64,000 bases of DNA from Acanthaster planci. Lineage: Eukaryota. A program made the position numbers and the translations under genes. The notes under the pieces are model-generated. The model had not been told where the DNA came from, did no database searches, and was given only the letters and a program-made list of their open reading frames with translations. Of the stretch, positions 40,734-54,000 are shown piece by piece. The stretch spans positions 1,390,135 through 1,454,134 of the forward strand of contig NW_019091355.1 in the NCBI RefSeq assembly GCF_001949145.1. The letters run 5' to 3'. Numbering within the stretch: the stretch's first letter is position 1; the number at the start of each line of letters is the position of its first letter.

Positions 40734-43700
40734 GTAGGTCATGATTGCCCCGTCATTTGTATTTTAAACCCACCCAGTCCAAACCCAACAATGTTCCATA
40801 GGCCTATATGGAATTTTATAGGCACTTTTATGGTTTGGGTCTGTGTCGGTCACTCTATGCCACTTTCCTTTGTGTCAAGCTGGTGCCATACTTTGTATAT
40901 ACAGATTTGCATTTATAATTTTAACAGATACTTTGTTATGAATGAAGATTTATTCCTTTCACGGGTAGGTCGGCACCCTTTTCGCCCTACTGCATTTCAG
41001 TTTTATAGATTTTGAACATGAATCAATCACCAACGCCTTTTGATTCTCACCCGTTCTGGGTAAATGACGCTCGAGGCTGGTTCAAGTTCTCCAACAAAAG
41101 GCTGTAAATTGATTTCCAACTGAGGCAACCATGTATGCAAGGTGGACTTGGGTGGCTTGATGAGCCCCCATTGGGAAGAGATATCATTTAAGGGGTTGTT
41201 TTACTTTCTGACAAGCGAATACAATGAACATCTACATTTTAAACTACTAGCTCCGATGTAGCCGTACATCCTAGCCCATGTGGTGCATGCAAACGAGATC
41301 GGGGGGGGGGGGATTTCGATCCGAGCCCCACCCCAAATCCTGAGTGCACCGCTGAGTATGCTACAAAGCCAGTTCGTATTTTTCTTTGTAGCGGTATGGA
41401 TTTCTGATATAAATGACAGTGACTGTCCAATTATTGTACCGTTGATGCATGTGAACCGTGGCTCACTCTGGCCGGCATCAATGTTCACAACGATTTTCAA
41501 AGTGATTAATTTTATAGGATCATTCTCAGCCTTGGACATTGGGTCAAGACGGTGATCTTTTAATCTCGTTTTAGTACCACACTCCTCCGTGTATAGACCT
41601 AAGTGAGTGAGTGTGTGTGTGTGTTCAACATGAAATAGGAGATGAGTCTGGCACAAACAAGTTTTATTCAGCAACTTCCCAGAAATACGACACCGCAAGG
41701 AAATGGTTGCGGAATCCGGATGGAGAACTGGGCGATGATAGTGAAGGTGTGCTTCACAATTCATTTGTGTACCGTTGTAGTGCAACACCACCCCGGGTTT
41801 CAACCTACATTAATTTTATGCATTGCCTGAAACCATACATAATGTTCTTATATGTAGTGTGAGAAAATTCTTCGATTAAATTCCTTTGTAAGATCACGCA
41901 GAGCGTTAAGTGCCTTGTGTTGTTGATGTAAATAAACTAAATAGTTTGGGAATTACAGGCGATATGGATTCATGATGAACTGGCAAATGTTTTGTTAAAT
42001 TCAATAAAATATGTGCATGAAATTTGCTTACTCAACTGCATGTTTCGAGAAAACAATTTTCCCCTGATTTAAAAGCCTTAACTCTGCCACTTTTAATATG
42101 ACGGTATCGTAATTGGCAGATTCCTCACGCGGATTTGAGTGAAAGGCGAAGATTTGGTAGATATAACAGCAAGTATCACGAGAAAGACAATTAGTTCGTT
42201 GACGTCATGAAATCCATTTTCGCTTTCACTTTAGTCGCCTGGCCCAGCTTGAGCGTGTTTGCCATGATAGTAACGTTCAAGTTGTATTTACTGGCTACAA
42301 AAATTGTCGCATGATGTTGAAGGCGGAAATCTTGTGAGATCATTGCGATTATTAATCGGCCGAGCTGGAGGGAATGGCTCGCGAGGTTGGCTACATTATG
42401 GAAGTGTTTCAGTTTTTGTCTTTTACTTTAAATTCTCTTTGTTTCTTGTCTTTGTTTTTCTTTTTTAATTATTTGTTTACTTTATTCTTTTGTTTTGAGT
42501 TGAGCAAATCGTAATAAAGGAAAGCATGTGGCTGTTCTCAATTTCAGCCGTGCAGATGCAGAAATATGTGACATCAATAAAGTCAAGAGATTTGTAGCCC
42601 TTTCAGCGAAGTGTGGCATAGGGGTCGTGTCTGCTGGGGATCGCACGCAGTCACAGATCGATAACATTTGGGTGACAAATTTGCGAGCCAAACTAAATGG
42701 AGAACATAAATCATGACTATGCTTTGCGCCTTGCCCATTTTGATATATGCCTATTTTGTTTGACGGAATAGCAACAGTTAATTCCATCCTTTAAGATGTG
42801 CTATAAATCCTAGAGCGCGTAAAGTGAGTGGACAATGGGTCTTTCGTGTACTGAATTTAGGGCCTGTATAACAGCTTCGGCATCATCATGTGGGGTCGTG
42901 CTCAGGATTGGCTAATGTAGTGGGTATGGAAAAGGCTTTTTGTATTTTGTCCATGATTCAAATCCCAGACGCTACGACTTGTCTTTGTATTCCAGCAGTT
43001 TCTTGTTGAAAACGATCGGTTTGATGCTGTTTAAGTACCGCCAAGATTTGTTGCCCTAGATTTTTTTTCGAAGGGGAAAAACATGTTGTCGGCTTGAGCC
43101 TAGCTTATTAGTATGACGCCCATATTACACAATACGATGATATATTAACTCCACGTACTTAATATCTGCATTTTTGCTGTGAAGGCTTCCTTTATTAAAG
43201 GCAAAGGGTTTTCTTTTCGGATATATGACACATCACGTATGACGTGTAAAATGCCGTGCACTGATAGTCCATTAGCGTGTGTAATAATTACAAATAAATG
43301 TCATTGTTATAAGAAAAGTTATTTAAGCTTGTTATCCTTCGAAAGTGCACTCCGAAAGGACAAGTTTAGCTACACGTTTTTATTGTGGGTTTGATTTAAA
43401 GGGACAGGTCCGTTGCGATCGTATATACGCACGAGCGGTTTGTAGGGAAGGATTAGTTAATTTTTGAATTGCATATTCACGCCATACACAAGCGACACAA
43501 GGAAAAGAGGAATAGATCTGATGATGTTTTATTCCATTTTGTTGATTGAACCAAAGTAAGAGCAAACACATCGGGTGCGTTGCACGTACAGTTCGTTCCA
43601 TAACAGGGCGTACCTATTCCAAAGTCCACCATTTTCGTCACTAATTTCCGCGAACACCGAAGACAACCATATTGCATTTGTCAGTATCCGGGATTCTATT

Positions 43701-44635
43701 TGCACTCGAATATGCGCACAGAGTGTATGCTCAGAACTACATCTGATAAAATGTCAACATTATTGTCTAAAGGAAGACCTCAGATCTAAGAAGGTAATCT
43801 CACACGTCTTTTACAGTCCTATAGTTTCCAAGGAACAATTTGTGATAGTTCACAGCATGTCGTTGAGGTTATATTTGTACCACTCGCTGTGTCAGGTCAC
43901 AGCCAAAGTGACGCTTAATTAACTCTTATCAACTTAACAAAATTCCATATCCATGCATGTTTCCAGTATTTTGAAATATTGGGAACTGTGCGACTTTTTG
44001 CCGTGTTGTCTATATTGGAATTAAAAAATAGTTTTGCTAAACTGTAGGTGAATAGAAATAAACATAACGTGCGAAGGTTGACTTATCGCCATTGGTGGAT
44101 GCTTACATTATCGTTTGAGTCATTTCAGTACTGTTCGCAGTGGCTTAACTACTGGGGGGAGGGGGGCATGTGCCCCTAGCAGATGGGGCAGCTTATATTC
44201 TTGTGGTCCCCCCTTGAAAAAAGGTGCGCATCCCGGGTCAGATATTTAGCCCTATTTCCGCCATCGACTGTTCTGTGCTCATCATGCACATTCTTCTCAA
44301 GGAAACACAAGTAATACCTTTTTTATGATTTGAAGTCAACCTCTGTGGAATCACAATCCCCTTGAAATTGCATAATGACTTCGATCCCGCAAGCCCGATG
44401 CCACGTGACAGTCGAACTCAGGGTAAAGAAACTAGGACCAACACTTAATTTCTGCGCACTGAGCATGCTCACTTGGCTCAGATTGGGATAGTTCATCTGG
44501 TTTAAACATTGAACATGACCCAGTGTAAAATGCTGGGCCACATAATAGTCACAAATGCAGCACAACCTCTTTTATCGGCCTTTGAAAGCGGTCATAGGTC
44601 TATATTTAATTTACCAAACAGGTATATCCATCACC

Positions 44636-47600
44636 ATGGGGCGTAAGACAGAACCCTTGCGCCAGGAGACAGCACAGCAGCCACCGCCCCCCTACACCGT
44701 CAACCAACAGATGAGATACCCCGAAATGAGAGATCAAGGTTACTATTTACAGAGTGTTCCCCAGCAACCCCAGCAGCCTTATGGCAGACCACAACAACCG
44801 CTGGTGGGCATAAGACTTCTTTACATTTAGAGTCCGTGTAGGAACAGTCTCCCAAATGAGATTTAATAAGATAGTGTCTGGTAATTAACTTTCATATGTG
44901 TCTAAAGAGCATGTAATGTTTGAGGAAACCAAACCTACCTATTTGAAAAGAACAAATTCCTTGTCATGTGGAAATTTAAAATCATTGTATTTTTTTTCCT
45001 TCATGAAATAGCCACAGGCACAGCAACAATCTGCGCAGAAACGCCCCCCACAGCAACAGCAGCAGCAACGACCCAGACAACAGCAACAAAAACAACAACG
45101 ACAACAGCAACAACAACGACAACAGAAACAACCAAAGATGCGCCAACAGCAGCAGAAGGTCCAGCAACAACAGCAGCATCAGCAGCACAGAAGGCCGTCG
45201 CTCCGACGGTTTCGAAGGGCCCCACCCGGCGTGGAGGTCAGCCCCTGCATCAAGTACACCCTGTTCTTCCTCAACATGGTCTTCTGGCTACTGGGCGTGT
45301 TCCTGTTGGGGTTCGGAATTTGGGGCGTGGTCTCGAAGGCGTTGGCCAGTGTCGAGGCAATTGCAGAGGTGGGCTGGACTTTGAGTCACTTAACCTCTTG
45401 GGTGTCTATCAAAGATTTTTGTTTTGTTTTCAAAGTGCAGAATCGGAGGGAAAGCGATTGTGATCACCATCACCGCTTCTCCATAATTTGCAAATTTACA
45501 GAAATTGTTATCCCAGACCATTCAAAGGGTATTTTGGCGAGTTTTGCTCACCAAGTTTCTGAAAGCCTTACGTGCATTTTTAAAATGAATTTATGTACCC
45601 AAATGAACGTTGAGGGTGAGCATTCTTCATATGATAGGTGTGGTAAGGGCTGGGTGCTTGAACGAATAAAAATGATTGCGCCCAGCAATCGAACAAACGA
45701 ACTTCAAGATCCCCATTGACCCCTTTACTGGAAGACAGTTTGTCATCTTCAATTTGTGGACGGGATCACCGTAACATTCCAGACTCACTCGTTCCACACT
45801 CAGGTGGCCGGCATCGGCTTCGACCCGATGTATGGCTTCATCATCGTCGGCGCCGTCATCTTCATCTTGGCTACCAGTGGCTGCATCGGAGCTCTCCGAG
45901 AGAACACCTGCATGCTCAAGTTCTTCGCCTACACCCTCATTCTCATCTTCCTAGCCGAGATCACCATCGGTGTGCTGGCTTACTTCTATCAGGACAAAGT
46001 GTTCGCCATTCTGGAGGGCTGGATCAACAGCTCCATCAGAGATTACTATGGTGAGTATACGGCGCGAAATAATTCACATGCTCTCTTTTCAATTTTCTGA
46101 ATTTCGGTTCTGGTTCATTTCACATTAGGCCTAAACATGTGCCTGAGAGTAGCACCTTACTTCATAGTTGATATTTTTGTGTGCGTCATTCTACCTTTAT
46201 ATCACCTAAGCTTTGCTGCTTGTGGGAGGCTTCACACGATGCAATGGAGCTTCGTGAACCTACTGAATGGTATTCACACATTTTACTTAAATCGTGCATG
46301 TCAAACAGGTACCAAATTTGCTGGTCTGTGTGTATCGAAAGATACCATCTGGTGTCAAAAATTATGCCCATGTCAAAAAGGCCTCTCCCTTGTAATCTCT
46401 TGGGTTGAGGGCGCTTTACAGACCTATTTGGAATCGCTCCTATTCGTAATAATGGTACCCTTTGTACCAACTGTAAGGTCACGTCGTACCGTTAGGAAGA
46501 GCACTGAGCTATTATGTGTATGGTCTTTTCACAGACGACCCAGACACGCAATTTATACTCGACGGATTGCAAGAGAACCTTCAGTGTTGCGGTTCAGCCA
46601 ACGGGCCTGCTGATTGGGAGAAAAACATGTAAGAGGTTCAATCATTATGATTAATGGGGGCGGTACCTCACCCTAAAAACCTGTGACCCTGAACAGGGTG
46701 AAATTTGCACTCTGTGAAGCCATGCTCTTTGGCTGTTTCGCACATACCTCATTGTACCATGGTTTAGTGCTACGTCGATTCGAATATTTCGCTATTCGAA
46801 TACTTGACCTTCAATTCGATCGATCGATTCGATTCGATCGGTCTTACCGACCGGCAGACTGTTGCAATAATACACACAATTGTACATTATAATCACTAAT
46901 CACCTCTCACGTCTAGGACTCCAGTCACGATTTAGCAAGATTTAGAGAGGAACAACACTTCTTGCCCTTAAATAAGTTTTAATGAACAAGTTACTTTTTG
47001 AATCATTGTAGGATTTCTGTCACTTTTCATTTGAATCTGCTTGAAGCAAGCCTCCATAATATTTCCTCATTTAAAACAAAAGAAAATTCTCCCTTCATTT
47101 TCATTAATTTGCACTCGAGTATTCAAAATTAGGGATGTAATATTCGAATATTCGATACTCGATCAAATATCCGGATATACCGTGGTTGGACAAATCTGGC
47201 ACAGATGCTTTACATGAACAAGGGCTTCTGCGCGACTGGTATCCAAACCACCGTGTAACTTACTTTCAAGGAATATCATAATTTGGTTCCAGTTAAAAAA
47301 ATCCGTAAGGGTCACTGCTAAAGACCTTTCAATGGTTTCCTGCAAAAAATCATGACTAGGTTCTACTGAATTTTGTGTGTGTCAAGTCGCACCACTCGAA
47401 CAAAACTTGTATTGAAACACGGACGAACGCGCAGTCAGCAAAAAAAGACATGCATGAGATTGGTGTTGGAAAATTATTAACAGATCGGCTTCAGTCCCGT
47501 GTCACCTTTGCAGCTCTGTCCAAAAAGCAACTGCCGAAATTATTGTTGAAAACCTAGGTTGGTTTGAAAATAGTTATTGGACAATAAGCTCCTCGTATAA

Positions 47601-48432
47601 GAATAATTTGTTCAGGTAAGCTGTCATTTTGATTTCAAATCGAGCTCCGAGATTGTCGTTTCTCATGATATACAGCATTTACCGAGCTCGAACGTCGTAA
47701 GCTAAGCGCAAATTACCTTTCTACAGAGTTTGAGCATTTTGTTGCTTCATACGAATATAGTGCACAAATGGACTGCATCAAGGCCCTATTCTCACAACAA
47801 TAATGGTATCAGAGCGTCATGTGCACTATTCCCACTCTCTGCATTTTGGACTTCATTACACACAATAGCATGTGAGTAAACGTTTCGCCCTCTTGCTCTC
47901 GTGTGAAGATCATGTGACGTTATCTTTGACGTCATCTTTGAAGCATCTTTCTCTTGTGATTTGACAAGTATTTAACAGCTATTTCAAAACGTTAATTCCT
48001 TTCCTGTTTCATGAGACAGAAGAGAACCGCTTGCTTCAAGTCTGCGTCGCGTAACCACATTATCCAATCTTTTTCGTAAAAAGTGTGACATGGTCAATTC
48101 GCTTCGCTCTTGCATGCCTTTGTAGATATTTCAACTGCAGCTCACCGGCTCGATCCAAGTGCAGCGTGCCTTACTCCTGTTGTCAGGCAGACCCGGTGGC
48201 CGACGTGGTCAACTATCAGTGTGGCTACGGGGCCCTGGAGCCCCGCGAACCGAGCCAGCCCCGGCCGGACGTCTACTTCACCGGCTGCGTGAACGCCATG
48301 AAGGACTGGTTCATTAGCAACGCTATCGTGCTGGGCGTGGCTGGTGGTGTACTCATCATTATGGAGTGTCTGGTCATTTGCCTAGCCAAGTCGCTGGTCA
48401 ACGACATCGAGTGCGTCAAATCGTACTGGTAG
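44636..48432 (+). CDS. Tetraspanin, TspanC8 subfamily (TSPAN5/14/17/33-like), with long Gln-rich N-terminal extension; 5 coding exons, 390 aa
   Basis: Exons 44636-44803, 45012-45368, 45804-46050, 46535-46628, 48126-48432 are GT-AG and in phase (1173 nt). TM1 CIKYTLFFLNMVFW, TM2/3 GCIGALRENTCML. The large extracellular loop has CCG, DWEKNIYFNC, KCSVPYSCC, QCG and TGC (8 Cys). TM4 is followed by the tail LAKSLVNDIECVKSYW. Confidence 0.93.
45012..45190 (+). repeat. Imperfect CAA/CAG trinucleotide repeat encoding interrupted polyQ (Q/R/K)
   Basis: CAA/CAG runs are directly visible and in frame with the tetraspanin exon. Confidence 0.9.
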
Positions 48433-50009
48433 TTCATCGACCACCAATTCTGTAGATGCTCTCCAACATTCACTTAAATATGAAGACTTCAAGTAGCACG
48501 CAAAGCATGGATGTGCAGGTTTATATTTTCACCGTAGTGGTAAGTAATGGACAAAGACACCATACGGTATTGACGTTAATTCCACATTTTTTTGCATAGC
48601 GTGGTCATCAGTTAACAGTGTCAGAAAAGGCACACACAGGCTTCCAGTTTGTTTCCATCGATTGTTGCCTATATTTCCTGTGATCAACCCAAAGACCTCG
48701 GAACGTCAACCTGGGATGCTAAGGGAAAATCAGCTCACAACGCGGTCTGTTTGTAGTCGAGTCCATCACGGATCAAATCAGAAGTCGCTAAACGAATTCC
48801 GGTCATAAATTACAAGGAGGAGAAAACAAACGGCCTGCTGCAAATGCACGAGGACTTCATATCTTGTGAATGACCTGTGTATAGGCTCGTAAGGATTGGC
48901 AAGGACTTGTGAGAACTGAATTATACAACACTACTCTCAACACTAACAACTGCTAATGAGGCACTGACACCCCAATTGGCGGGTCAGAATAGACGACATC
49001 AAAGAATGTGTTTGTTCATAATTAATAAACGTAGCTTGTTTCCCACAATTACAAATAAAAATTAACTAGAGCAAAATCCAGCACGCTTACTTTGAGATTA
49101 TACATCAATTCTGTGCTGAGATTCTATTCATTGTGACCACTAATCTGTAAATTTCATTCATTGAGACAACATGTTCACGGTTGACAGTTGCCCGTGTTAT
49201 GATTTATTACAAAAATCTTTATTGTCCAAGAGGAAATGGTATCAGCCTGTTGGAGTCGCTGTTCTCAAAAAGGTTTAGCACACGGAGAGATTGACTAATT
49301 AATTAGGTAGATATTGCACATTGAAATCAAGACCAATGATTCACTGAAATAATAAATCAACATGGTGCTCATTAATTGCTAGTAATTATTGACTGTGATA
49401 CCATTCATTTGTTTGACAAATTGTAAATTATATTATAAATGAAACCATTTCATGGTATCATAAAGTAAACATTTTAGATCATAGAGGCCTCAATATTTTT
49501 GTACTTCTGCTGCAGGGCAGCCCATGCATTTTACTCATTCGTGCTATTTTCTTGTTTAGCAAAGAAAATGAAGATTCGATAACTTTCTGACTGTTATGAA
49601 GTAAAATCTTAAAAAAATAAACATGTTTTTAAACTTTTCCAAAGTGGCTTTTGGACTGATTTTTTTGTACGCAATCCAATTCCTTTACACTAAAATGGCA
49701 GATCGTTGAAGTTTGCGGTCTTCAGACTTTTTCCAGTATACAAAAACACGTGATTTCCCGAAAAAGCAAATCTCAATTCAGAGTGGGCGGGACATGTGGT
49801 ATTGTCTTCTACAACTTTTACAAAATGGGGACAATATTACCGCCAAACATCAGTTTTGAATTGACACATTGTTTGACAATCGATTTCCATAATTGATAGC
49901 TGCATTCCACTGATATCCCTGTCTCAGGAAGGAATGACCGACTGGAAAGCGAGGCAATATTTCTAAAATCAGCCAAAAGTCATTGCTTTTGTATGTGTGA
50001 TACTGACTT

Positions 50010-50268
50010 CACGGGCGGATCCAGCGGATGGGGGGGGGGTAACGGTGAGCATGACCCCCCCCCCAACAAGCTCCAAAGTTGTTTTAAAAATAAAAAAAAA
50101 GAAAGGCAATTGTTTTGATCTATTTCACCCGTTTCTTCTCAAAGCGTGTAAAAAGCCTGTAAAGCACCCTCACCCCACAGAAAGGCTAAAGCAGGTCCCT
50201 TGAAATAATTCACAAATGTGTGGCCCCAACAAGTTCCCCTTTCAAAGTTGGTTCTGGGTCCGCCCTTG
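50010..50268. mobile_element. MITE with CA.GGGCGGA.CCAG terminal inverted repeats and internal G/C runs
   Basis: Left CACGGGCGGATCCAG versus reverse complement of right CAAGGGCGGACCCAG (13/15). Related fragments occur near 6480-6600, 22221, 41300 and 44138. Confidence 0.6.
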
Positions 50269-51017
50269 AAAAGGGTTTGCTACCAAAGATGTGACAGACC
50301 ATCCACAATTGTTAATTGTGAAAATGCAATTATGAACTACACGTGCACTTTCAATGTACCCGCGTTTCTTCTTATTTCCATTCACTGTTCATCCAATTTA
50401 GATACTGCACGGGCTTAATACCAGTGGTTTATAGACTGAGTGTATCTTGTGATGAAAACGAAAGTCTTTCTTTCATTTTTCTATTATAACAAAAGGTCAT
50501 AGCTTGGCATTTATTATTTCATATACCACGAACTTACAAAAAAATGGGATATTATGATTTACGTCTGTGATAATTTTGCTATGTACAAGAGTTTATGAGC
50601 TAAAATAAATAAATGTAAATTGTGTACGTTGTGCTCTGGCGTCATAAGTCTATTGTATAATGATAAAAGTACAAAAAAGCATGTTGCATTTGCCAGGGTG
50701 CGCCTAAATACGGAGTGCTATAAGGTTATACTTTTCAAAGGGATGGCTGGGCTGATAGCTATGAGTGGGCGGATAATGGGCAGTTGATATCGTCTCGCTC
50801 CGTGTTACACATTCTTCGTGCGTAATTTTACATGGCAAGAATTATCACATTTTACCTAATTTTAACCGTTTGCAAATACCTTTGGGCGTGTCATGCATGT
50901 TCTTGTCAACTACGAGCTTAACAGTTTTTTCTCTGCCAATGATTATGAATTCACTTAGAAACTTCCCAGATTGAAGCTGCGTTTCATCCGTGCAGCCAGT
51001 TGGTTAATGCTTTCGAC

Positions 51018-54000
51018 TTAAACCTCAGTGTCTGCGGTGTATTTACCCTGCGTGCCGAGATCGACTATTTCAACATCAGAATCGTCGTACTTTTGCATCT
51101 CCTTGCTCAAAGGCTCAATGATGGACTGCCCCGATTCAGGCGTCACGACCGGTGTGCGTGAACCTGTGTTGAATTTGGATACAGAAACAGACAGCAAAAT
51201 TACAAATGTCAAAAACCCAGTGCCTCCACAGACACAAATAATGATGATCTGATTTCGAGTGAGGATCGGTTCGTTTGTGCCGTTTACTGGTATCGATGCC
51301 CCGACGGATGTCGATTCTGAGAGTGTGGTGCCAGTCTCACTATGTGTTGTGTTCGTCATGGATATGGACGAGTCTACTCCAGTCGTGACCGATGGGTTGG
51401 ATGGCATGGTGCCAGTGCCGACCTGATCTGTACTCTCCGTGAACGCAGGCGAGGCAATACCCGTCGCGACCGAGGTGGTGGTTAGTCTGGGCACCACGGT
51501 TGTAGTGGGCCCCGGGGCGGCGGGGATATATCTGCGCAGCGCAACGAGCACGATGTTAGAGAGGGGAGACGTCCGATTGGCGTCGTCTCGGGCAACCACG
51601 GCAAAGGCGAACGGAGCTATGTCGGTGCTGACGGGCACGGTGACGGTGAATTCCTCGGGAGAGCCAGACACGTGGGGGTCGCTCAAGTCTCCTTGGAGTA
51701 TGTCTGACTGTGGAATGATCTCAGTGCCAGAGCCTGTCAGGATGGACTCGGCATTTACTCCTCTCATCAATTCATAAGAGTCAGCTGCAGGTTTGGAAAG
51801 AGTAATGTACAAAGCGGAATGGAGATTATCTATGAAACCTGGGGACAGGTATGTACAAAAAGAAACTCTCGGTTCTGGTACATGAAAGATAAAGAACAAT
51901 CCGACTTTAATGAAATCCATCATCAGTAGAGAAAGGGTATTGTAGTCTTATTCCATTCGCAGGTATTAAATGAACGGCTTTGAACGACCTGCCGAGGTGG
52001 AAGAAAATCGGCTCATTAGCACTTTGCCTCATGTGCGACCCATCGATAGATAAATCAGCAGCAATGCTTGGCTTATCCAAAACAGTATGTTACTCGTGTG
52101 TTTAACTTGTGCGCAGCGCCCTCATAGCTACGTTAACATACGTCTGTCTCTGTGTACAATAAGAGCCAGTGACTAGAACATGAAGTTTTGATTGAAGCAA
52201 TGAGACTGAAAGATAGGAAGACGCGTGAACATTGTGCATGTAAGATTACAGTATCCACACAGGCATGCGTACCTCTTCCGCTATCGAAGTCATCTCCAGT
52301 CGCGGTCCACGCCAGTCGCACCGTTCTGTCGGTGTACGAGGAAGCGACTACCCGCAAATCCGTCACTTTACCGGGGGGAAACGGGTCTGTGTCTGGCGCC
52401 GGTGCCTTGACGACTCTGCACGAGCCCGTAGAAACCACGCGCTTGAAGATCGGCACTGAACTCTGAACGGAGCGTGCTTGCCTCCGAAGACCTAAAACAG
52501 ACCAGAGTCTCGTCCAAAGAATTATATGTAAAAGCAAATGGATTTCCAAAGAACTCGTTTAGCAGGCTAAGTGCATATGAGTACGTAATCTCCAAAGAAG
52601 AAAATTTCATTTTTTTCAAGTCAGTTTATGGAATTCAGAGTTTTGGTCAAAAAAGAAAGCAAAATGCGCACTAAGTGAACTGAAATATGTCCAAGTACCT
52701 CCATCAGACGAGAACGGCAAATCAGTGACTATTGCATCGTGTCCGTTGTTCTCAACACGCACTTCGACTCCGTAGAACCCATCCCCGCTGTACTTCGTGA
52801 AATATGCGGAGTAGATTCCATCGTTCCTGGTGATATCAGCTCCTGCGGTGGAACCGTATTTCACAATATTTCCACAATATAACGGCGTTGCGTTTACTGA
52901 GCTAGAATGTTTTATGAAGCGTGGGAAATTCTTCCCAAAACTTCCCATGAGGCACAGAGTTTTGAGACCGGGAAACGATAGTGTTCATTTTTCAAATCGC
53001 ATACGGTGTATCGACGAAACTATTATTCTTCATGTCAAATTGGAATGGCTATTGATTAAGTTTACCTATCCCAGTATCGAATAGTTGAATTTCTACCGGG
53101 TTCGCTGGGTTTGGAATCGACACCAAGGCAGTAACTGTAGCGTTGACCACATTGCCGTACCCCTGGCGCACTTCAGAATAGATTGTTAACGGGGCCTCCT
53201 CTTTTTCAAAGTCTTTTGAGAAGTCGCTGATTGATGACGTCACGGAGATGGGCGGTACGTCAGCGTCTCTCGGGGATGACGTCAGCGAAGCCTCAGCGGT
53301 GATTAGCAAGGATGGGTCTATGTTCTCGATATTTATACTCCACGGACCCTCCTATTGTAAATCGATTGTTTGAGTGCTTGGTAATGATCTGAATTTGCAC
53401 TGTGTCTGTTTTTGTGATGACAAATCAAGATGCATCTTAATTTTTCACTTAATTAATTACTGTTTTTGAGCTTTCAAACAAGTAAAAGGAAGCCACCCCG
53501 GAATTATCAGTTACACCATATTTCGAAACAAGTAAATACAGAAACCCCTAAAATAATGCAGTGTTCGTTTCTAGTTGCAGGCGACCTTCCCGTGCTGTTA
53601 GCCACCGGCTGCTTCAAGTCCACAAGTGGTGGCGTCCTACACTAAAAACTGCCTAATCTGCACAAAGAATCGCAAACATTCATTGAACAAGTGCAATCTT
53701 ACCGCAGCTATTCCAATCAAACTGTACACGGCTAATCTAAATGTAGCATTGACCGTGAACCCCAGATAGGAAGGCGTCAGGACATCTCCTGCCGGGCTGC
53801 TCAGTGTAATATTTGGTATGGCTGCAAAATGAAATTTTAAAAAAAGTTTAAATCAATATGCAAAGACACGAAAAGAATAAGAATAATCATCTCAACAAGT
53901 CTTATCGTAGTGCATTTTTCTGCTTCAGCGAGAAAACGAAATACACTTTTGGTTCCGGAAATTGTTGATTAAGCTTCTTAGCCCCGTTACCTCGTTCTGC

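Noticed and set aside
44966..45463. Thr/Ala-rich mucin-like ORF and the antisense Leu/Val-rich ORFs
   Set aside because: Alternative frames of the CAA/CAG repeat; only the Gln frame joins the tetraspanin.
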